Source: Candidatus Nanopelagicales bacterium (GTDB lineage: Bacteria; Actinomycetota; Actinomycetes; S36-B12). Taken from it: a stretch of DNA of 38,163 bases. The translations under genes were made by a program, and so were the position numbers. Below are positions 26,867-36,908 of the stretch, piece after piece. The DNA lies in assembly GCA_040265115.1 (NCBI GenBank), contig JBDQGZ010000002.1, forward strand, positions 1 through 38,163, written 5' to 3'. A model generated the notes under the pieces. The model was not told where the DNA came from and did no database searches. It worked only from the letters and a program-made list of their open reading frames with translations. Positions within the stretch are counted from its first letter, which is position 1; every line of letters starts with the position of its first letter.

Positions 26867-27388
26867 GTGGCCTACACCGTCTATGACCCTGACCTGACTC
26901 CGCACCCGCCGGAGTCTTCCCGCGTGACGCTCTCTCGGGTCATGGAGGTGATGGACGCCAATAATCTGGGAAATGTCCATGGCGGGGTGATCATGCGCAC
27001 CGTCGATACCACCGCAGGAACTTGCGCCACCCGACACTGCGGCGGTCCTGCGGTCACGGCGTTCATGGACGAGATGGCATTCCTCGAACCCGTCCGCATC
27101 GGAGACATCCTGATCACGAAGGCCTCGGTGAACTGGACGGGAAAGACCTCGCTCGAGGTTGGAGTGCGCGTTGAGGCCCAGCGCTATGGCGAAATCGAGC
27201 CAAGCCATGTCGGTTCCGCCTATCTCGTCTTCGTTGCCATCGATGACGACGGAGAACCTCGCCGGGTGCGCCCACTCGATCCCCTCAGCGAGACTGACAA
27301 TCGGCGCTTCCATGAAGCCGAGATCCGGCGGGAGAGCCGACTCGCCAGGCGTGCGGCGATCCGTGACTACCGCCACGACATCGGCTGA
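26867..27388 (+). CDS. Acyl-CoA thioesterase (hotdog fold, YciA-like)
   Basis: MDANNLGNVHGGVIMRTVDTTAG...VNWTGKTSLEVGVRVEA is the typical hotdog thioesterase core. The start is GTG. Confidence 0.8.
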   Translation: MAYTVYDPDLTPHPPESSRVTLSRVMEVMDANNLGNVHGGVIMRTVDTTAGTCATRHCGGPAVTAFMDEMAFLEPVRIGDILITKASVNWTGKTSLEVGVRVEAQRYGEIEPSHVGSAYLVFVAIDDDGEPRRVRPLDPLSETDNRRFHEAEIRRESRLARRAAIRDYRHDIG

Positions 27389-27417
27389 GGTCTCCCACGG
27401 TCAATGCCGCGACTCGA

Positions 27418-27840
27418 TCAGCCCCGCCATTCGATGACGGGGCACGCATCCATCACCATCACTGCACCCGCATCGACAACCCTCTGCGCCACATCCTCAT
27501 CGATCACATCGAGTTGAAACCACACCGCGCCCGCACCGGCCTCGATCGCCGCATCCGCAAACTCACCTGCACGAGATGACCGGACGAACACGTCGACGAC
27601 ATCCGGGGCTCCGTGGACTGCGACGGCTTCATCGATCGACCGGAAGCCCTGGACCCCATGCACCGTCTCCGCCCTTGGATGGATCGGCACGATCCGCTTG
27701 CCTTTGGCCTGTAGGAAGGCAGCGACGCTGTAGGCAGCCCGCTCTGGTGAGTCACCGAGTCCGACGACGAACCAGGTCTGGGCATCCCGGAGGAGCGCGA
27801 CCTTCGTTGCCCGATCACCGTAGAGGCAAGGGTTACGCAC
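27418..27840 (-). CDS. CoA-binding domain protein (YccU-like)
   Basis: [41 protein letters not shown]...[12 protein letters not shown]...[14 protein letters not shown] 27840 gives 140 aa and overlaps the purE stop by 8 nt. The longer ORF to 28071 lies inside purE. Confidence 0.7.
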   Translation of the reverse strand: MRNPCLYGDRATKVALLRDAQTWFVVGLGDSPERAAYSVAAFLQAKGKRIVPIHPRAETVHGVQGFRSIDEAVAVHGAPDVVDVFVRSSRAGEFADAAIEAGAGAVWFQLDVIDEDVAQRVVDAGAVMVMDACPVIEWRG

Positions 27841-28345
27841 GATGGCGGACTCGTTCACCCTTGGCCTGCGCCGCCTCACGCATCGAGTCGGCGAAGTCGC
27901 CGAGACGCTCGGACAGATCCGCATCACAGATCGCGAGCATGCGCACCGCGAGCAATCCAGCGTTTCGGGCATTGCCCACACCCACCGTCGCCACGGGAAC
28001 TCCTGCGGGCATCTGCACAATTGATAGGAGTGAATCCATGCCATCGAGCTGGGCGAGCGGAACAGGGACACCGATCACCGGCAGCGTCGTCATCGACGCC
28101 ACCATGCCGGGCAGGTGTGCGGCTCCGCCCGCGCCCGCGATGATCACTCGAAGCCCGCGCCCTGCAGCGGACTCGGCATAGGCGAGCATCTCCCGCGGCA
28201 TGCGATGCGCGGATACGACATCTGCTTCGTAGCCGACCCCAAACTCCTCGCACACGGCCGCGGCTGCTTCCATCACCGGCCAGTCGGAGTCGCTCCCCAT
28301 AATGATGCCGACGCGAGCGGCGGAGGTTGCTGTTGGTTCACTCAT
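27833..28345 (-). CDS. purE: 5-(carboxyamino)imidazole ribonucleotide mutase
   Basis: [14 protein letters not shown]...SAHRMP...[17 protein letters not shown]...PVIGVPV are canonical PurE motifs. Confidence 0.95.
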   Translation of the reverse strand: MSEPTATSAARVGIIMGSDSDWPVMEAAAAVCEEFGVGYEADVVSAHRMPREMLAYAESAAGRGLRVIIAGAGGAAHLPGMVASMTTLPVIGVPVPLAQLDGMDSLLSIVQMPAGVPVATVGVGNARNAGLLAVRMLAICDADLSERLGDFADSMREAAQAKGERVRHRA

Positions 28346-29558
28346 CGATGACTCCCATCAGGTAGTCCGCCCCATGGTGGGCGCGTTCGAGCAGGGTGTC
28401 GAGATCATCTCCCACAACGGTGACATGACCGAGCTTCCGGCGCGGGCGGATGGCCTTGCCGTAGAGATGAACGTGCAGCCCCGGATCCCGGGCCATGATG
28501 TGCCGGAAGGCCTCGTGCAAAGGTCGAACGGGGCCGGGCGGACCGACGACGTTGACCATGACGGCATACGGGGCGATGAGCCGCGGATCGCCGAGCGGCC
28601 AATCTAGGACAGCGCGCAGGTGATTCTCGAATTGGCTCGTAATCGCGCCCTCGAGCGACCAGTGTCCGGAGTTGTGCGGGCGCATCGCGAGTTCATTCAC
28701 CACGATCCGACCATCGACGACGAACATCTCCACTGCCAGCATGCCGACGCAGTCGAGTTCTCCTGCAATGCGGAGAGCAAGTTCACTCGCCTCGACGGCC
28801 AGGGTCTCATCGAGAGCGGGAGCGGGGGCGACCACCTCGGCGCACATGCCGTCGACCTGGACGGTCTGCACCACCGGATAGGCGACGGCCTGGCCATGCG
28901 GAGATCGTGCGACCTGCGCGGAAATCTCCATGTCGAAATTCAAAAACTGCTCCACCAGCCACACGGCGTCCGGGGCCAGAGGGTTGTCCTCCATCACCGC
29001 GATCGCCGATGGCAGGTCGTCGACCACCCACACACCGCGACCGTCATAACCGCCACGCGACACCTTCAACACCAGCGGCCAGCCATGCGCTTCGCCCATC
29101 TCGGCGACCTGCTGGGGTCGCTCGACCCGAGCCCACGCCGGAACGGGGGCCCCAAGTTCGCTCAAACTCGCCCGCATGTGCCACTTGTCCTGGGCATGAC
29201 GCAAGGCACTCGGGCCGGGCCGAACCTGGACACCGCGACTTTGCAGGCCTTCCAACAGCACAGGTGGGACATGCTCATGATCGAAGGTGATGACATCGTT
29301 CACCGCTGCGAGACGTTCAAGTGCCTCAGGGTCATCGTGATGGCCGAGGATCACCCGGCGAATCACCTGAGACGCCGACTCATCCTCGCTCGTGGCCAGG
29401 ACAGAGAAGTCGATACCCAGCGCCGCGGCGGGTGCGGCCGACATGCGCGCCAACTGCCCGCCACCGACGATCCCCACCCGTGGACCGATCCCAACGCTGG
29501 TCGACGTGAGCGGGTTCACAGTCCCCGATGCTAGTGATGACCGGTCCGCCCCCGACAT
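28338..29558 (-). CDS. purK: 5-(carboxyamino)imidazole ribonucleotide synthase
   Basis: [12 protein letters not shown] and an ATP-grasp region ([20 protein letters not shown]) with [13 protein letters not shown]. There is an 8-nt overlap with purE. The exact start is uncertain. Confidence 0.9.
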   Translation of the reverse strand: MSGADRSSLASGTVNPLTSTSVGIGPRVGIVGGGQLARMSAAPAAALGIDFSVLATSEDESASQVIRRVILGHHDDPEALERLAAVNDVITFDHEHVPPVLLEGLQSRGVQVRPGPSALRHAQDKWHMRASLSELGAPVPAWARVERPQQVAEMGEAHGWPLVLKVSRGGYDGRGVWVVDDLPSAIAVMEDNPLAPDAVWLVEQFLNFDMEISAQVARSPHGQAVAYPVVQTVQVDGMCAEVVAPAPALDETLAVEASELALRIAGELDCVGMLAVEMFVVDGRIVVNELAMRPHNSGHWSLEGAITSQFENHLRAVLDWPLGDPRLIAPYAVMVNVVGPPGPVRPLHEAFRHIMARDPGLHVHLYGKAIRPRRKLGHVTVVGDDLDTLLERAHHGADYLMGVIDE

Positions 29559-29588
29559 CCGCAGGCCGCGTGAGGGTATCCTTCAGCG

Positions 29589-30143
29589 GTGTCCCAAGAA
29601 CGTCTCACCCATGTCGCAGACCGGTCGCCGGTCATCGCGCGCCTGGCCACATGGCTCCAGGAGACAGGGCGGACACTCCTTCGTGAGATCGCCAAGTTCG
29701 GCGTTGTGGGCCTCATCGCCCTCGTCGTTGACGTGGGCCTGTTCAACATCCTTCGCTATGCCGGTGGCGAGGGCCCGTTCTACGACCGGCCGCTGACCGC
29801 GAAGGCGATCAGTGTGATCGCAGCGACAACCGTCGCCTACTTCGGCAACCGCTACTGGACCTTCCGCCATCGCGGTCGTACAGGCATGGGCCGGGAGTAC
29901 TTCCTGTTCTTCCTCCTCAACGGCGTCGGCATGCTCATCGCGTTGTCCTGCCTGTGGTTCAGCCACTACGCCCTGGGCCTCACCAGCCCCCTCGCGGACA
30001 ACATCAGCGCAAACGTCGTCGGCCTTGCGCTCGGGACCATCTTCCGCTTCTGGTCTTATCGACGCTGGGTCTTCCCCTCGATCCCCCTGAGCGAATCCCC
30101 GCTCACCAACGCTGCGATCCAGCCTGCACCCGCAACCGATTAG
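29589..30143 (+). CDS. GtrA-family membrane protein
   Basis: FGVVGLIALVVDVGLFNIL...YFGNRYWTFR...FRFWSYRRWVF are GtrA-like 4-TM signatures. GTG 29589 is the only in-frame start. Confidence 0.8.
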   Translation: MSQERLTHVADRSPVIARLATWLQETGRTLLREIAKFGVVGLIALVVDVGLFNILRYAGGEGPFYDRPLTAKAISVIAATTVAYFGNRYWTFRHRGRTGMGREYFLFFLLNGVGMLIALSCLWFSHYALGLTSPLADNISANVVGLALGTIFRFWSYRRWVFPSIPLSESPLTNAAIQPAPATD

Positions 30144-31140
30144 GCTCGCTGATCTCGAAGGATCGAATCACCCCGACACCGCGAACTCGGCGGGGTGCCG
30201 TCTGACGAATGACCACCGCGGAGTCGCTGGACAACGCCAGCCCCGTGGCTGCATCGACACGCGTCGTGCCGGGCCTCGCCAACGCTGTCAGACGACTCGC
30301 CAGGTTCACCGTCGGCCCGAAGACATCACCCATCCGTCGCAGCACAGGCCCTGTCGCCACACCGATCCGAAGTTCGGGCAGATCGGGGTGGGCCGCACAC
30401 CTGGCATGGAGCGCGAAAGCAGCATCAGCGGCCTGACCGGCGTCGTCGGCCACGAACAGGATTTCGTCACCCACCGTCTTGATGAGGTTCGCTCCCATCT
30501 CAGCCACGACATCCGTGCTGATCTCCTCGAATCCCTCGACGAGTCGAGCGAGATCGGCATCCTCTAGCTGTCGTGCCAGCCGGGTGAACCCCACGAGGTC
30601 AGCGAAGACGACTGTCGCTGTCGATGAATCATCATCATCAGCGCGAGCCAGTCGCCGCTCCATCACCGCCGCGACATGACGCCGCCAGACGTGGACGAGC
30701 AGCGATTGCATGGCGGGGAGCAGCGCCGCCGCTCGCTGGAACACGATGCCCAGAGCATCATCCTCATCGAGACGATCCAGGGCGTCCGCGTCGAGTTCAC
30801 CACTGTCGACGAGTGCGCGACCGAGCGCTTCAACCTCCCAATCGGCCAGCCGTGCCGTCGTCTGGCCCAGCGCCCGAGCGATCGTGATCGCCACGGTCTG
30901 GTCGATCAACCCTGCTTCGATGAGATCGGCCACGGTGTCCAATGCTTCGAGATCGGCGTCGGTGAAGATGCGGGCCCCACGGGAATCCGGGAAACCCATG
31001 GCACGCCACATCGCACGTGCCACCGGCTCACTGATCCGAGTCCGCGCGAGCAGTTCGTCACGGGTGTAGGCGGGTTCCCCACCTAGCAAGAGCCGATCAA
31101 CGGCCACCATGAGCCGTGTCGCTGGATCCCGTGGCGTCAC
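30103..31140 (-). CDS. Class III adenylate/guanylate cyclase domain protein with an N-terminal helical (regulatory) domain
   Basis: VVFADLVGFTRLARQ (metal Asp), IKTVGDEILFV (second Asp) and GPTVNLASRL are class III cyclase motifs. Confidence 0.85.
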   Translation of the reverse strand: MTPRDPATRLMVAVDRLLLGGEPAYTRDELLARTRISEPVARAMWRAMGFPDSRGARIFTDADLEALDTVADLIEAGLIDQTVAITIARALGQTTARLADWEVEALGRALVDSGELDADALDRLDEDDALGIVFQRAAALLPAMQSLLVHVWRRHVAAVMERRLARADDDDSSTATVVFADLVGFTRLARQLEDADLARLVEGFEEISTDVVAEMGANLIKTVGDEILFVADDAGQAADAAFALHARCAAHPDLPELRIGVATGPVLRRMGDVFGPTVNLASRLTALARPGTTRVDAATGLALSSDSAVVIRQTAPRRVRGVGVIRSFEISEPNRLRVQAGSQRW

Positions 31141-31694
31141 GACCCGTCTCCAGGGGGCACAGGATCGCCTCCCGACTCGACACTGCGTCGCCGTCGGCGA
31201 TCGTCATCCTCTTCGTGCAATCGGTAGACCTCGCGCTGAATCACCTCGACATTCGGTACGTCATCGATGATGAGGTCCTCATCCCCGGCCGATTCGACCT
31301 CGAGGCGGCCGTAATTCAGGATCCGACCGAAGAAACTGATCTCGAAGGAGACGTTGTTCACCTTCGCCAGCGGCATGTCACGACCGCGTTTCGCCACCAG
31401 TCCTGACCGAGTGATGACGCGGCGATTGGTGAAGACGTACTGGGTGGTGATCCAGTACAGGAACGGTCGGAGAGCGAAGACGATGATGAGTGAGACTCCG
31501 ACGACGATGATCACCCACCGCCCGATCGACCCCAGCCCACCGGAGAACCAGGATCCCCACATGATGGCGAGCCAGGTGCCGAGGAAGACGACCGCCACAA
31601 GGAGGAGCGCGGGGATGATCAGGGCGCGCCAGTGCGGCTTGAGTTCGAAGACGATGGTCTCGCCCTCACCGAGGAGTCGTCGGGGATATCCCAT
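31137..31694 (-). CDS. Membrane protein with a bacterial PH domain (bPH_2/YdbT-like)
   Basis: GETIVFELKPHWRAL, two TM helices, then YVFTNRRVITRSGLVAKRGRDMPLAKVNNVSFE. There is a 4-nt overlap with the cyclase start. Confidence 0.75.
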   Translation of the reverse strand: MGYPRRLLGEGETIVFELKPHWRALIIPALLLVAVVFLGTWLAIMWGSWFSGGLGSIGRWVIIVVGVSLIIVFALRPFLYWITTQYVFTNRRVITRSGLVAKRGRDMPLAKVNNVSFEISFFGRILNYGRLEVESAGDEDLIIDDVPNVEVIQREVYRLHEEDDDRRRRRSVESGGDPVPPGDGS

Positions 31695-31757
31695 TTGCGC
31701 ATCGTGCCACGCGGGGACCGCCTAGCGTGGGCGGATCAGCGAGGAAGACCCGCGGAG

Positions 31758-32621
31758 TCAGTCCTCACCTGACGCGAGGGTCACATCCCCGGCGGTGACC
31801 GCCACCGTGTCCGGCCCTAACGCGTCTCGGCCATCCCCTGATGACCGGCGCACCAGCAGTCGCCCGGTCTCGTCGATGTCCATCGCCACGCCACGCCATG
31901 CCGAACCTGCGTCCACCTCATGCACCATCACCGAACGTCCCAGGGTCACGCAACGCTCGCGGTAGTGCGCCATGTCGAACTCTCCGGCGCTCCAGTGCCG
32001 ATAGGCCACCGCGATGGCGTCCAGTACTTCGACGGCGGTCTGCTCACGCGACAGCGAACTCCCCTCCACCAACAGAGATGTCGCCCCGCCGGGAAGGCTG
32101 TCTCGCGGAGTGGTCGCGTTAAGCCCGACGCCGATGATGACCGCACCATCGGGCAGTCGCTCGGCGAGAATCCCCGCGAGCTTCGTCACCCCGGACCGTT
32201 CGCCAGCCCCATCAGCGACTCTGTCATTCTCGACAACGACGTCATTGGGCCACTTCACGGCGGTCAGGACATCGGCCGCGGCGACTATTCGATCGGCGAT
32301 GCCCAGACCGACGAGCAGGGGCAGCATTCCCAGGGCCTCCAGCGGTCGGTCCTCGGGTCGAACGAGAATGCTGGCCTGCACACCCGCCCCCGGAGGCGAC
32401 TGCCACTCCCGTCCGTGGCGTCCACGGCCCTGCGTCTGCTCGTCGGCGAGGATCGACGTTCCCTCCGCCTGTCCCTCCGCTGCCTGCTGCCGCATCCAGG
32501 TCATCGTCGAATCAATTCGGTCGACCACGACGGGCCTGCCCCACGGTGCCCAGGTCGGCCGGCGCGGAAGATCCTCAACAGCACGCGCAAGCAGATGCGC
32601 CCGGGTCGCTCCTTGGCTCAC
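31758..32621 (-). CDS. birA: Biotin--[acetyl-CoA-carboxylase] ligase (class I BirA, no HTH)
   Basis: [11 protein letters not shown]...[24 protein letters not shown] (GRGRxGRxW) and KWPNDVV. GTG 32621 was chosen. The ORF's upstream extension overlaps accD5. Confidence 0.8.
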   Translation of the reverse strand: MSQGATRAHLLARAVEDLPRRPTWAPWGRPVVVDRIDSTMTWMRQQAAEGQAEGTSILADEQTQGRGRHGREWQSPPGAGVQASILVRPEDRPLEALGMLPLLVGLGIADRIVAAADVLTAVKWPNDVVVENDRVADGAGERSGVTKLAGILAERLPDGAVIIGVGLNATTPRDSLPGGATSLLVEGSSLSREQTAVEVLDAIAVAYRHWSAGEFDMAHYRERCVTLGRSVMVHEVDAGSAWRGVAMDIDETGRLLVRRSSGDGRDALGPDTVAVTAGDVTLASGED

Positions 32622-32639
32622 CTGGCTACAGTACGCAAC

Positions 32640-34238
32640 GTGACGACCCCGGACGAAGCATCGGTCGATCCCAGCTCCGCGCCACGGACGACCGCAGAGA
32701 AATCCGCCGATCTCGAACGCCGCCGCGCTGAGGCCCGCGACCGACGATCCGCTGCGGTCGACAAGCAGCACGCGAAGGGGAAGATGACCGCCTGGGAGCG
32801 CATCCAGGCTCTCCTCGATCCCGGCTCGTTCACCCAGGTGGATGGCCTCGCTCGCCACCGCTCCCACAACTTCGGACTCTATGAGAACCGCCCCTACGGC
32901 GACGGGGTCATCACCGGCTACGGGACGGTCGATGGCCGCCCCGTGTGCGTCTTCGCACAGGACTTCACCGTCTTCGGTGGTTCACTCGGTGAGGTCTTCG
33001 GCGAGAAGATCGTCAAGATCATGGACCTCGCGATGAAGACCGGATGCCCGGTGATCGGCCTCAACGATTCCGGCGGCGCTCGGATCCAGGAGGGTGTGGT
33101 GTCCCTCGGCCTCTACGGCGAGATCTTCTATCGCAATGTGCAAGCCTCGGGGGTCATCCCCCAGATCTCACTCATTATGGGGCCCTGCGCCGGCGGCGCG
33201 GTCTATTCACCCGCCATCACCGACTTCACCGTCATGGTGGATCAGACGTCGCACATGTTCATCACCGGACCAGATGTCATCAAGACCGTCACCGGCGAGG
33301 ATGTCGCGTTCGAAGACCTCGGCGGTGCACGTTCCCACAACACCAAGTCCGGTGTGGCGCACTACATGGCTAGCGACGAAGAAGATGCCTTCGACTACGT
33401 CCGAGCCCTGCTGTCCTATCTGCCGAGCAACAACCTCGACGAGCCGCCGATCCTGAACACACCGGTCGATCTCGAGATCACCGATGCAGATCTCGAACTC
33501 GACACGATCGTGCCCGATTCTCCCAATCAGCCCTACGACATGCATGTGGTCATCGAGCACATCCTTGACGATGAAGAATTCCTCGAGACGCAGCCACTGT
33601 TCGCACCCAACATCATCTGTGGCTTCGGTCGCGTAGAGGGCCACCCGGTCGGCATCGTGGCGAACCAGCCGATGCAGTTCGCCGGAACGCTCGACATCGA
33701 TGCGTCGGAGAAAGCCGCACGTTTCGTGCGCACCTGCGATGCGTTCAACATTCCCGTCCTCACCCTCGTCGACGTTCCCGGCTTCCTCCCGGGAACCGAC
33801 CAGGAATGGGACGGCATCATCCGCCGCGGGGCGAAGCTGATCTACGCCTACGCCGAGGCGACCGTGCCGCTGGTCACCGTGATCACCCGCAAGGCCTACG
33901 GCGGCGCCTACGACGTCATGGGCTCCAAGCATCTCGGCGCCGACATCAACCTCGCATGGCCGACCGCACAGATCGCGGTCATGGGCGCCCAGGGCGCCGT
34001 CAACATCCTCTACCGCAATGACATCACGCAGGCCAATGATGCCGAGGCGCGTCGCGCACAGCGAATCGACGAGTACGAAACCACCCTGGCCAATCCCTAC
34101 ATCGCGGCCGAACGCGGCTACATCGATCGGGTCATCCTCCCGAGCGAGACCCGCGAGCAGGTGACGCGCGCCTTGCGTGCCCTGCGATCCAAGCGGGCCC
34201 AGCGTCCGCCCAAGAAGCACGGGAACATCCCGCTGTGA
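32640..34238 (+). CDS. accD5: Acyl-CoA (propionyl/acetyl-CoA) carboxylase carboxyltransferase beta subunit
   Basis: [15 protein letters not shown]...[18 protein letters not shown]...[25 protein letters not shown]...[22 protein letters not shown] 32640 was chosen. The 240-codon ORF extension upstream is antisense to birA and has junk composition. Confidence 0.9.
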   Translation: MTTPDEASVDPSSAPRTTAEKSADLERRRAEARDRRSAAVDKQHAKGKMTAWERIQALLDPGSFTQVDGLARHRSHNFGLYENRPYGDGVITGYGTVDGRPVCVFAQDFTVFGGSLGEVFGEKIVKIMDLAMKTGCPVIGLNDSGGARIQEGVVSLGLYGEIFYRNVQASGVIPQISLIMGPCAGGAVYSPAITDFTVMVDQTSHMFITGPDVIKTVTGEDVAFEDLGGARSHNTKSGVAHYMASDEEDAFDYVRALLSYLPSNNLDEPPILNTPVDLEITDADLELDTIVPDSPNQPYDMHVVIEHILDDEEFLETQPLFAPNIICGFGRVEGHPVGIVANQPMQFAGTLDIDASEKAARFVRTCDAFNIPVLTLVDVPGFLPGTDQEWDGIIRRGAKLIYAYAEATVPLVTVITRKAYGGAYDVMGSKHLGADINLAWPTAQIAVMGAQGAVNILYRNDITQANDAEARRAQRIDEYETTLANPYIAAERGYIDRVILPSETREQVTRALRALRSKRAQRPPKKHGNIPL

Positions 34239-34459
34239 GCGAGCAGGACAACCCCTCAGCCGCGGCGATTCGCATCTCTGGCGGAGCCACGCCACGAGAT
34301 ATCGCCGCCATCGTGTCGGTGCTGTCGAGCCTGCGCCCCGTCGAATCCCCTCGCGGACCGCAGCGACGCTGGGGATCCCCGGCGTGGGATCTGGGTGTGA
34401 ATCCGTTGCTTACCCCCGGGCCAGGTGCCTGGCAGTCCTCAAGTCTCCCCCGCGACTAA
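34235..34459 (+). CDS. accE5: Acyl-CoA carboxylase epsilon subunit
   Basis: A 74-aa ORF with a 4-nt overlap with the beta subunit stop. [19 protein letters not shown] matches the AccE pattern and its conserved position. Confidence 0.75.
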   Translation: MSEQDNPSAAAIRISGGATPRDIAAIVSVLSSLRPVESPRGPQRRWGSPAWDLGVNPLLTPGPGAWQSSSLPRD

Positions 34460-34469
34460 CGAACCGCGA

Positions 34470-35078
34470 CTATCGGACACTGTCCACCAACGACGGCCAC
34501 GCATGGCCCAGGGAGCGCGCGAGGCGTCGCACCGCGGGAAGTGACACCCCGATGACATTGCCCGGATCACCCTCGATGCCGGCGATGAACGGTGCACCGC
34601 GTCCGTCGAGGGTGAATCCACCCGCGACCTCCAATGGCTCCCCCGAGGAGATGTAGTCGGCGATCTCCTCATCATCAGCATCGCCCATCGTGACCGTGGT
34701 GGACACAAGTTCGCTGTCGGTCATTCCCGCAGCGACATCGATGAGGCAGTGGCCCGTATGGAGCACACCGGAGCGCCCCCGCATCTGCTCCCACCGTTTC
34801 CAGGCGACGTCAGGGTGCCCCGGCTTGCCCATCGCCTCGCCCGCGAACTCGAAGACAGAGTCGCACGCCAACACGAGCGCGCCCTCCGCCTCGGGGCGCC
34901 GGGCGACCGCCTGCGCTTTCGCTTCGGCGAGACCGAGTGCGATCCGGGAGGGCGTGGTCGGCGCCCAGGACTCGACGAGGGCGTCCTCGTCGACCCCGCT
35001 CACGATGACGACGGGACGAAGGCCTGCCTGCTCGAGGAGTCGGCGGCGGGAGGGGGAGGCCGAAGCGAGGATGAACAC
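34470..35078 (-). CDS. maf: Maf-like nucleoside triphosphate pyrophosphatase
   Basis: FILASASPSRRRLLEQAGL...LACDSV...GKP...AGGFTLDG are typical Maf motifs. Confidence 0.9.
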   Translation of the reverse strand: MFILASASPSRRRLLEQAGLRPVVIVSGVDEDALVESWAPTTPSRIALGLAEAKAQAVARRPEAEGALVLACDSVFEFAGEAMGKPGHPDVAWKRWEQMRGRSGVLHTGHCLIDVAAGMTDSELVSTTVTMGDADDEEIADYISSGEPLEVAGGFTLDGRGAPFIAGIEGDPGNVIGVSLPAVRRLARSLGHAWPSLVDSVR

Positions 35079-35121
35079 TCCCCCAGCCTGCCACGAACAA
35101 CCACATCCCTAGACTTCGCGC

Positions 35122-36876
35122 GTGCGCAAAGTTCTCATCGCCAATCGTGGCGAGATCGCCGTCCGTGTTGCCCGAGCCTGCCGGGATGCCGGCCTGGAGT
35201 CCGTCGCGATCTACGCCGACCCTGATCGGGACGCCCTGCACGTCCAGGTCGCGGATGAGGCCTACTCGATTCCCGGCGCCACCGCCGCCGAGACCTATCT
35301 CGACATTCCGAAGGTTCTCGATGTCGCCGCACGCAGCGGATCCGATGCGGTCCACCCCGGCTACGGCTTCCTGTCCGAGAACGCTGACTTTGCACAGGCC
35401 GTCATCGATGCTGGGCTCACCTGGATCGGTCCGCCCCCGGCGGCGATCCGGGATCTCGGCGACAAGGTGTCCGCTCGCCACATTGCTGCTCGCGCGGGTG
35501 CGCCTCAGGTGCCCGGCACCCCCGACCCGGTGACCGGAGCCGACGAGGTGATCGCGTTCGCGAAGGAACACGGCCTCCCCGTCGCGATCAAGGCAGCCTT
35601 CGGCGGCGGCGGTCGCGGCCTCAAGGTCGCCCGGACCCTGGAGGAGATCCCCGAGCTCTATGACTCCGCAGTGCGCGAGGCCGTCGCCGCTTTCGGAAGG
35701 GGAGAGTGCTTTGTCGAGCGCTATCTCGACCGACCCCGCCACGTCGAGACGCAGATCCTCGCCGACCGTGAGGGCAATGTCGTCGTGGTGTCCACGCGCG
35801 ACTGCTCGCTTCAGCGCCGCCACCAGAAGCTCGTCGAGGAAGCTCCGGCGCCGTTCCTTACCGACGCCCAGATCGAACAGCTCTATGCCTCCTCCAAGGC
35901 GATCGCGAAGGAGGCCGGCTACGTCAACGCGGGGACCTGCGAATTCCTCGTCGGCGAGGATGGCACCATCAGCTTTCTCGAGGTCAACACTCGCCTCCAG
36001 GTCGAACACCCGGTGAGCGAGGAGATCTCCGGAATCGACCTCGTCCGCGAGCAATTCCGGATTGCCGACGGGGGGCTCATCGACTACCCCGACCCGCCGC
36101 TACGCGGACACAGCATCGAGTTCCGGATCAACGGCGAGGATCCCGGTCGCGGGTTCCTCCCCGCCCCTGGTGCGCTGACCCGCTGGGAACTGCCCAGCGG
36201 ACCGGGCGTGCGGGTCGATGCAGGCTTCCGGTCCGGAGACGTCATCGGCGGCAACTTCGACTCCCTGCTCGCCAAACTCATCGTGACCGGTCGGGATCGA
36301 CACGAGGCACTCCAGCGCGCTCGGCGCGCCTTGCATGAATTCTCCGTCGAGGGCATCGCCACCGCCTTGACGTTCCACCGCGTGGTGGTCGATGACCCGG
36401 CCTTCGCGCCGCTTGACCCGGCCGATCCCTTCACGGTCCACACCCGTTGGATCGAGACCGAGTTCGACAACACAATCCCGGCCTACACCGACACCGCCGA
36501 AGGAGACGATCCGCCGGCGCGCACCTCGATGATCGTGGAGGTCGATGGAAAGCGGCTCGAGGTGAGCCTCCCTGCTGGATTCGCCGCGTCCAGCGCAGCC
36601 CCGACCTCGGAACCCAAGCGGGCGAAGCGCGGCCGCGGCAAGGCCGGCAGCGCAGCATCCGGGAACTCCCTCTCCGCCCCGATGCAGGGCACGGTCATCA
36701 AGATCGCTGTCGAGGATGGCCAGCAGGTGGCCGAGGGAGACCTCATCGTTGTGCTCGAGGCGATGAAGATGGAGCAGCCGCTCACCGCCCACCGTGCGGG
36801 GACGATCACATCGCTGTCAGCCGAGGTCGGCGCCACCGTCCCTGCCGGGACGGTGCTCTGCGAGATCAACGACTGA
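35122..36876 (+). CDS. accA3: Acetyl/propionyl-CoA carboxylase alpha subunit (biotin carboxylase + BCCP)
   Basis: [23 protein letters not shown]-grasp [27 protein letters not shown], and the C-terminal biotinyl motif LEAMKMEQP. Confidence 0.95.
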   Translation: MRKVLIANRGEIAVRVARACRDAGLESVAIYADPDRDALHVQVADEAYSIPGATAAETYLDIPKVLDVAARSGSDAVHPGYGFLSENADFAQAVIDAGLTWIGPPPAAIRDLGDKVSARHIAARAGAPQVPGTPDPVTGADEVIAFAKEHGLPVAIKAAFGGGGRGLKVARTLEEIPELYDSAVREAVAAFGRGECFVERYLDRPRHVETQILADREGNVVVVSTRDCSLQRRHQKLVEEAPAPFLTDAQIEQLYASSKAIAKEAGYVNAGTCEFLVGEDGTISFLEVNTRLQVEHPVSEEISGIDLVREQFRIADGGLIDYPDPPLRGHSIEFRINGEDPGRGFLPAPGALTRWELPSGPGVRVDAGFRSGDVIGGNFDSLLAKLIVTGRDRHEALQRARRALHEFSVEGIATALTFHRVVVDDPAFAPLDPADPFTVHTRWIETEFDNTIPAYTDTAEGDDPPARTSMIVEVDGKRLEVSLPAGFAASSAAPTSEPKRAKRGRGKAGSAASGNSLSAPMQGTVIKIAVEDGQQVAEGDLIVVLEAMKMEQPLTAHRAGTITSLSAEVGATVPAGTVLCEIND

Positions 36877-36908
36877 CGTCGATCGCTCGAACGGGGTAAC
36901 GTCGGATC

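Noticed and set aside
27833-28071. The long version (217 aa) of the CoA-binding protein ORF, which overlaps purE.
   Set aside because: The first 77 codons lie inside purE in another frame and translate to Cys/Arg/Ser-rich junk. CoA-binding-domain similarity starts after GTG 27840.
31920-32639. A 240-codon N-terminal extension of the accD5 ORF (the track ORF runs 31920-34238).
   Set aside because: The extension lies antisense to birA and has junk composition. Carboxyltransferase homology begins only at about [21 protein letters not shown] (GTG 32640).
34810-36054. A 414-aa minus-strand ORF lying antisense to accA3. Similar long antisense or off-frame ORFs occur at 830-1783, 4879-5658, 9946-10671, 14591-15283, 16141-16725, 20836-21717, 21689-22360, 25729-26886, 28620-29534 and 33207-34295.
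   Set aside because: Each overlaps a gene with unmistakable family motifs on the other strand or frame. Their translations are Arg/Pro/Gly/His-rich low-complexity strings with no motifs. This is the usual stop-codon-poor artefact of high-GC DNA.
36877-36908. A possible terminator after accA3 (GACGTCGA...ACGTCGG).
   Set aside because: The arms are only about 5-6 bp with an ~18-nt loop and no T-tract. That is not convincing enough to call.
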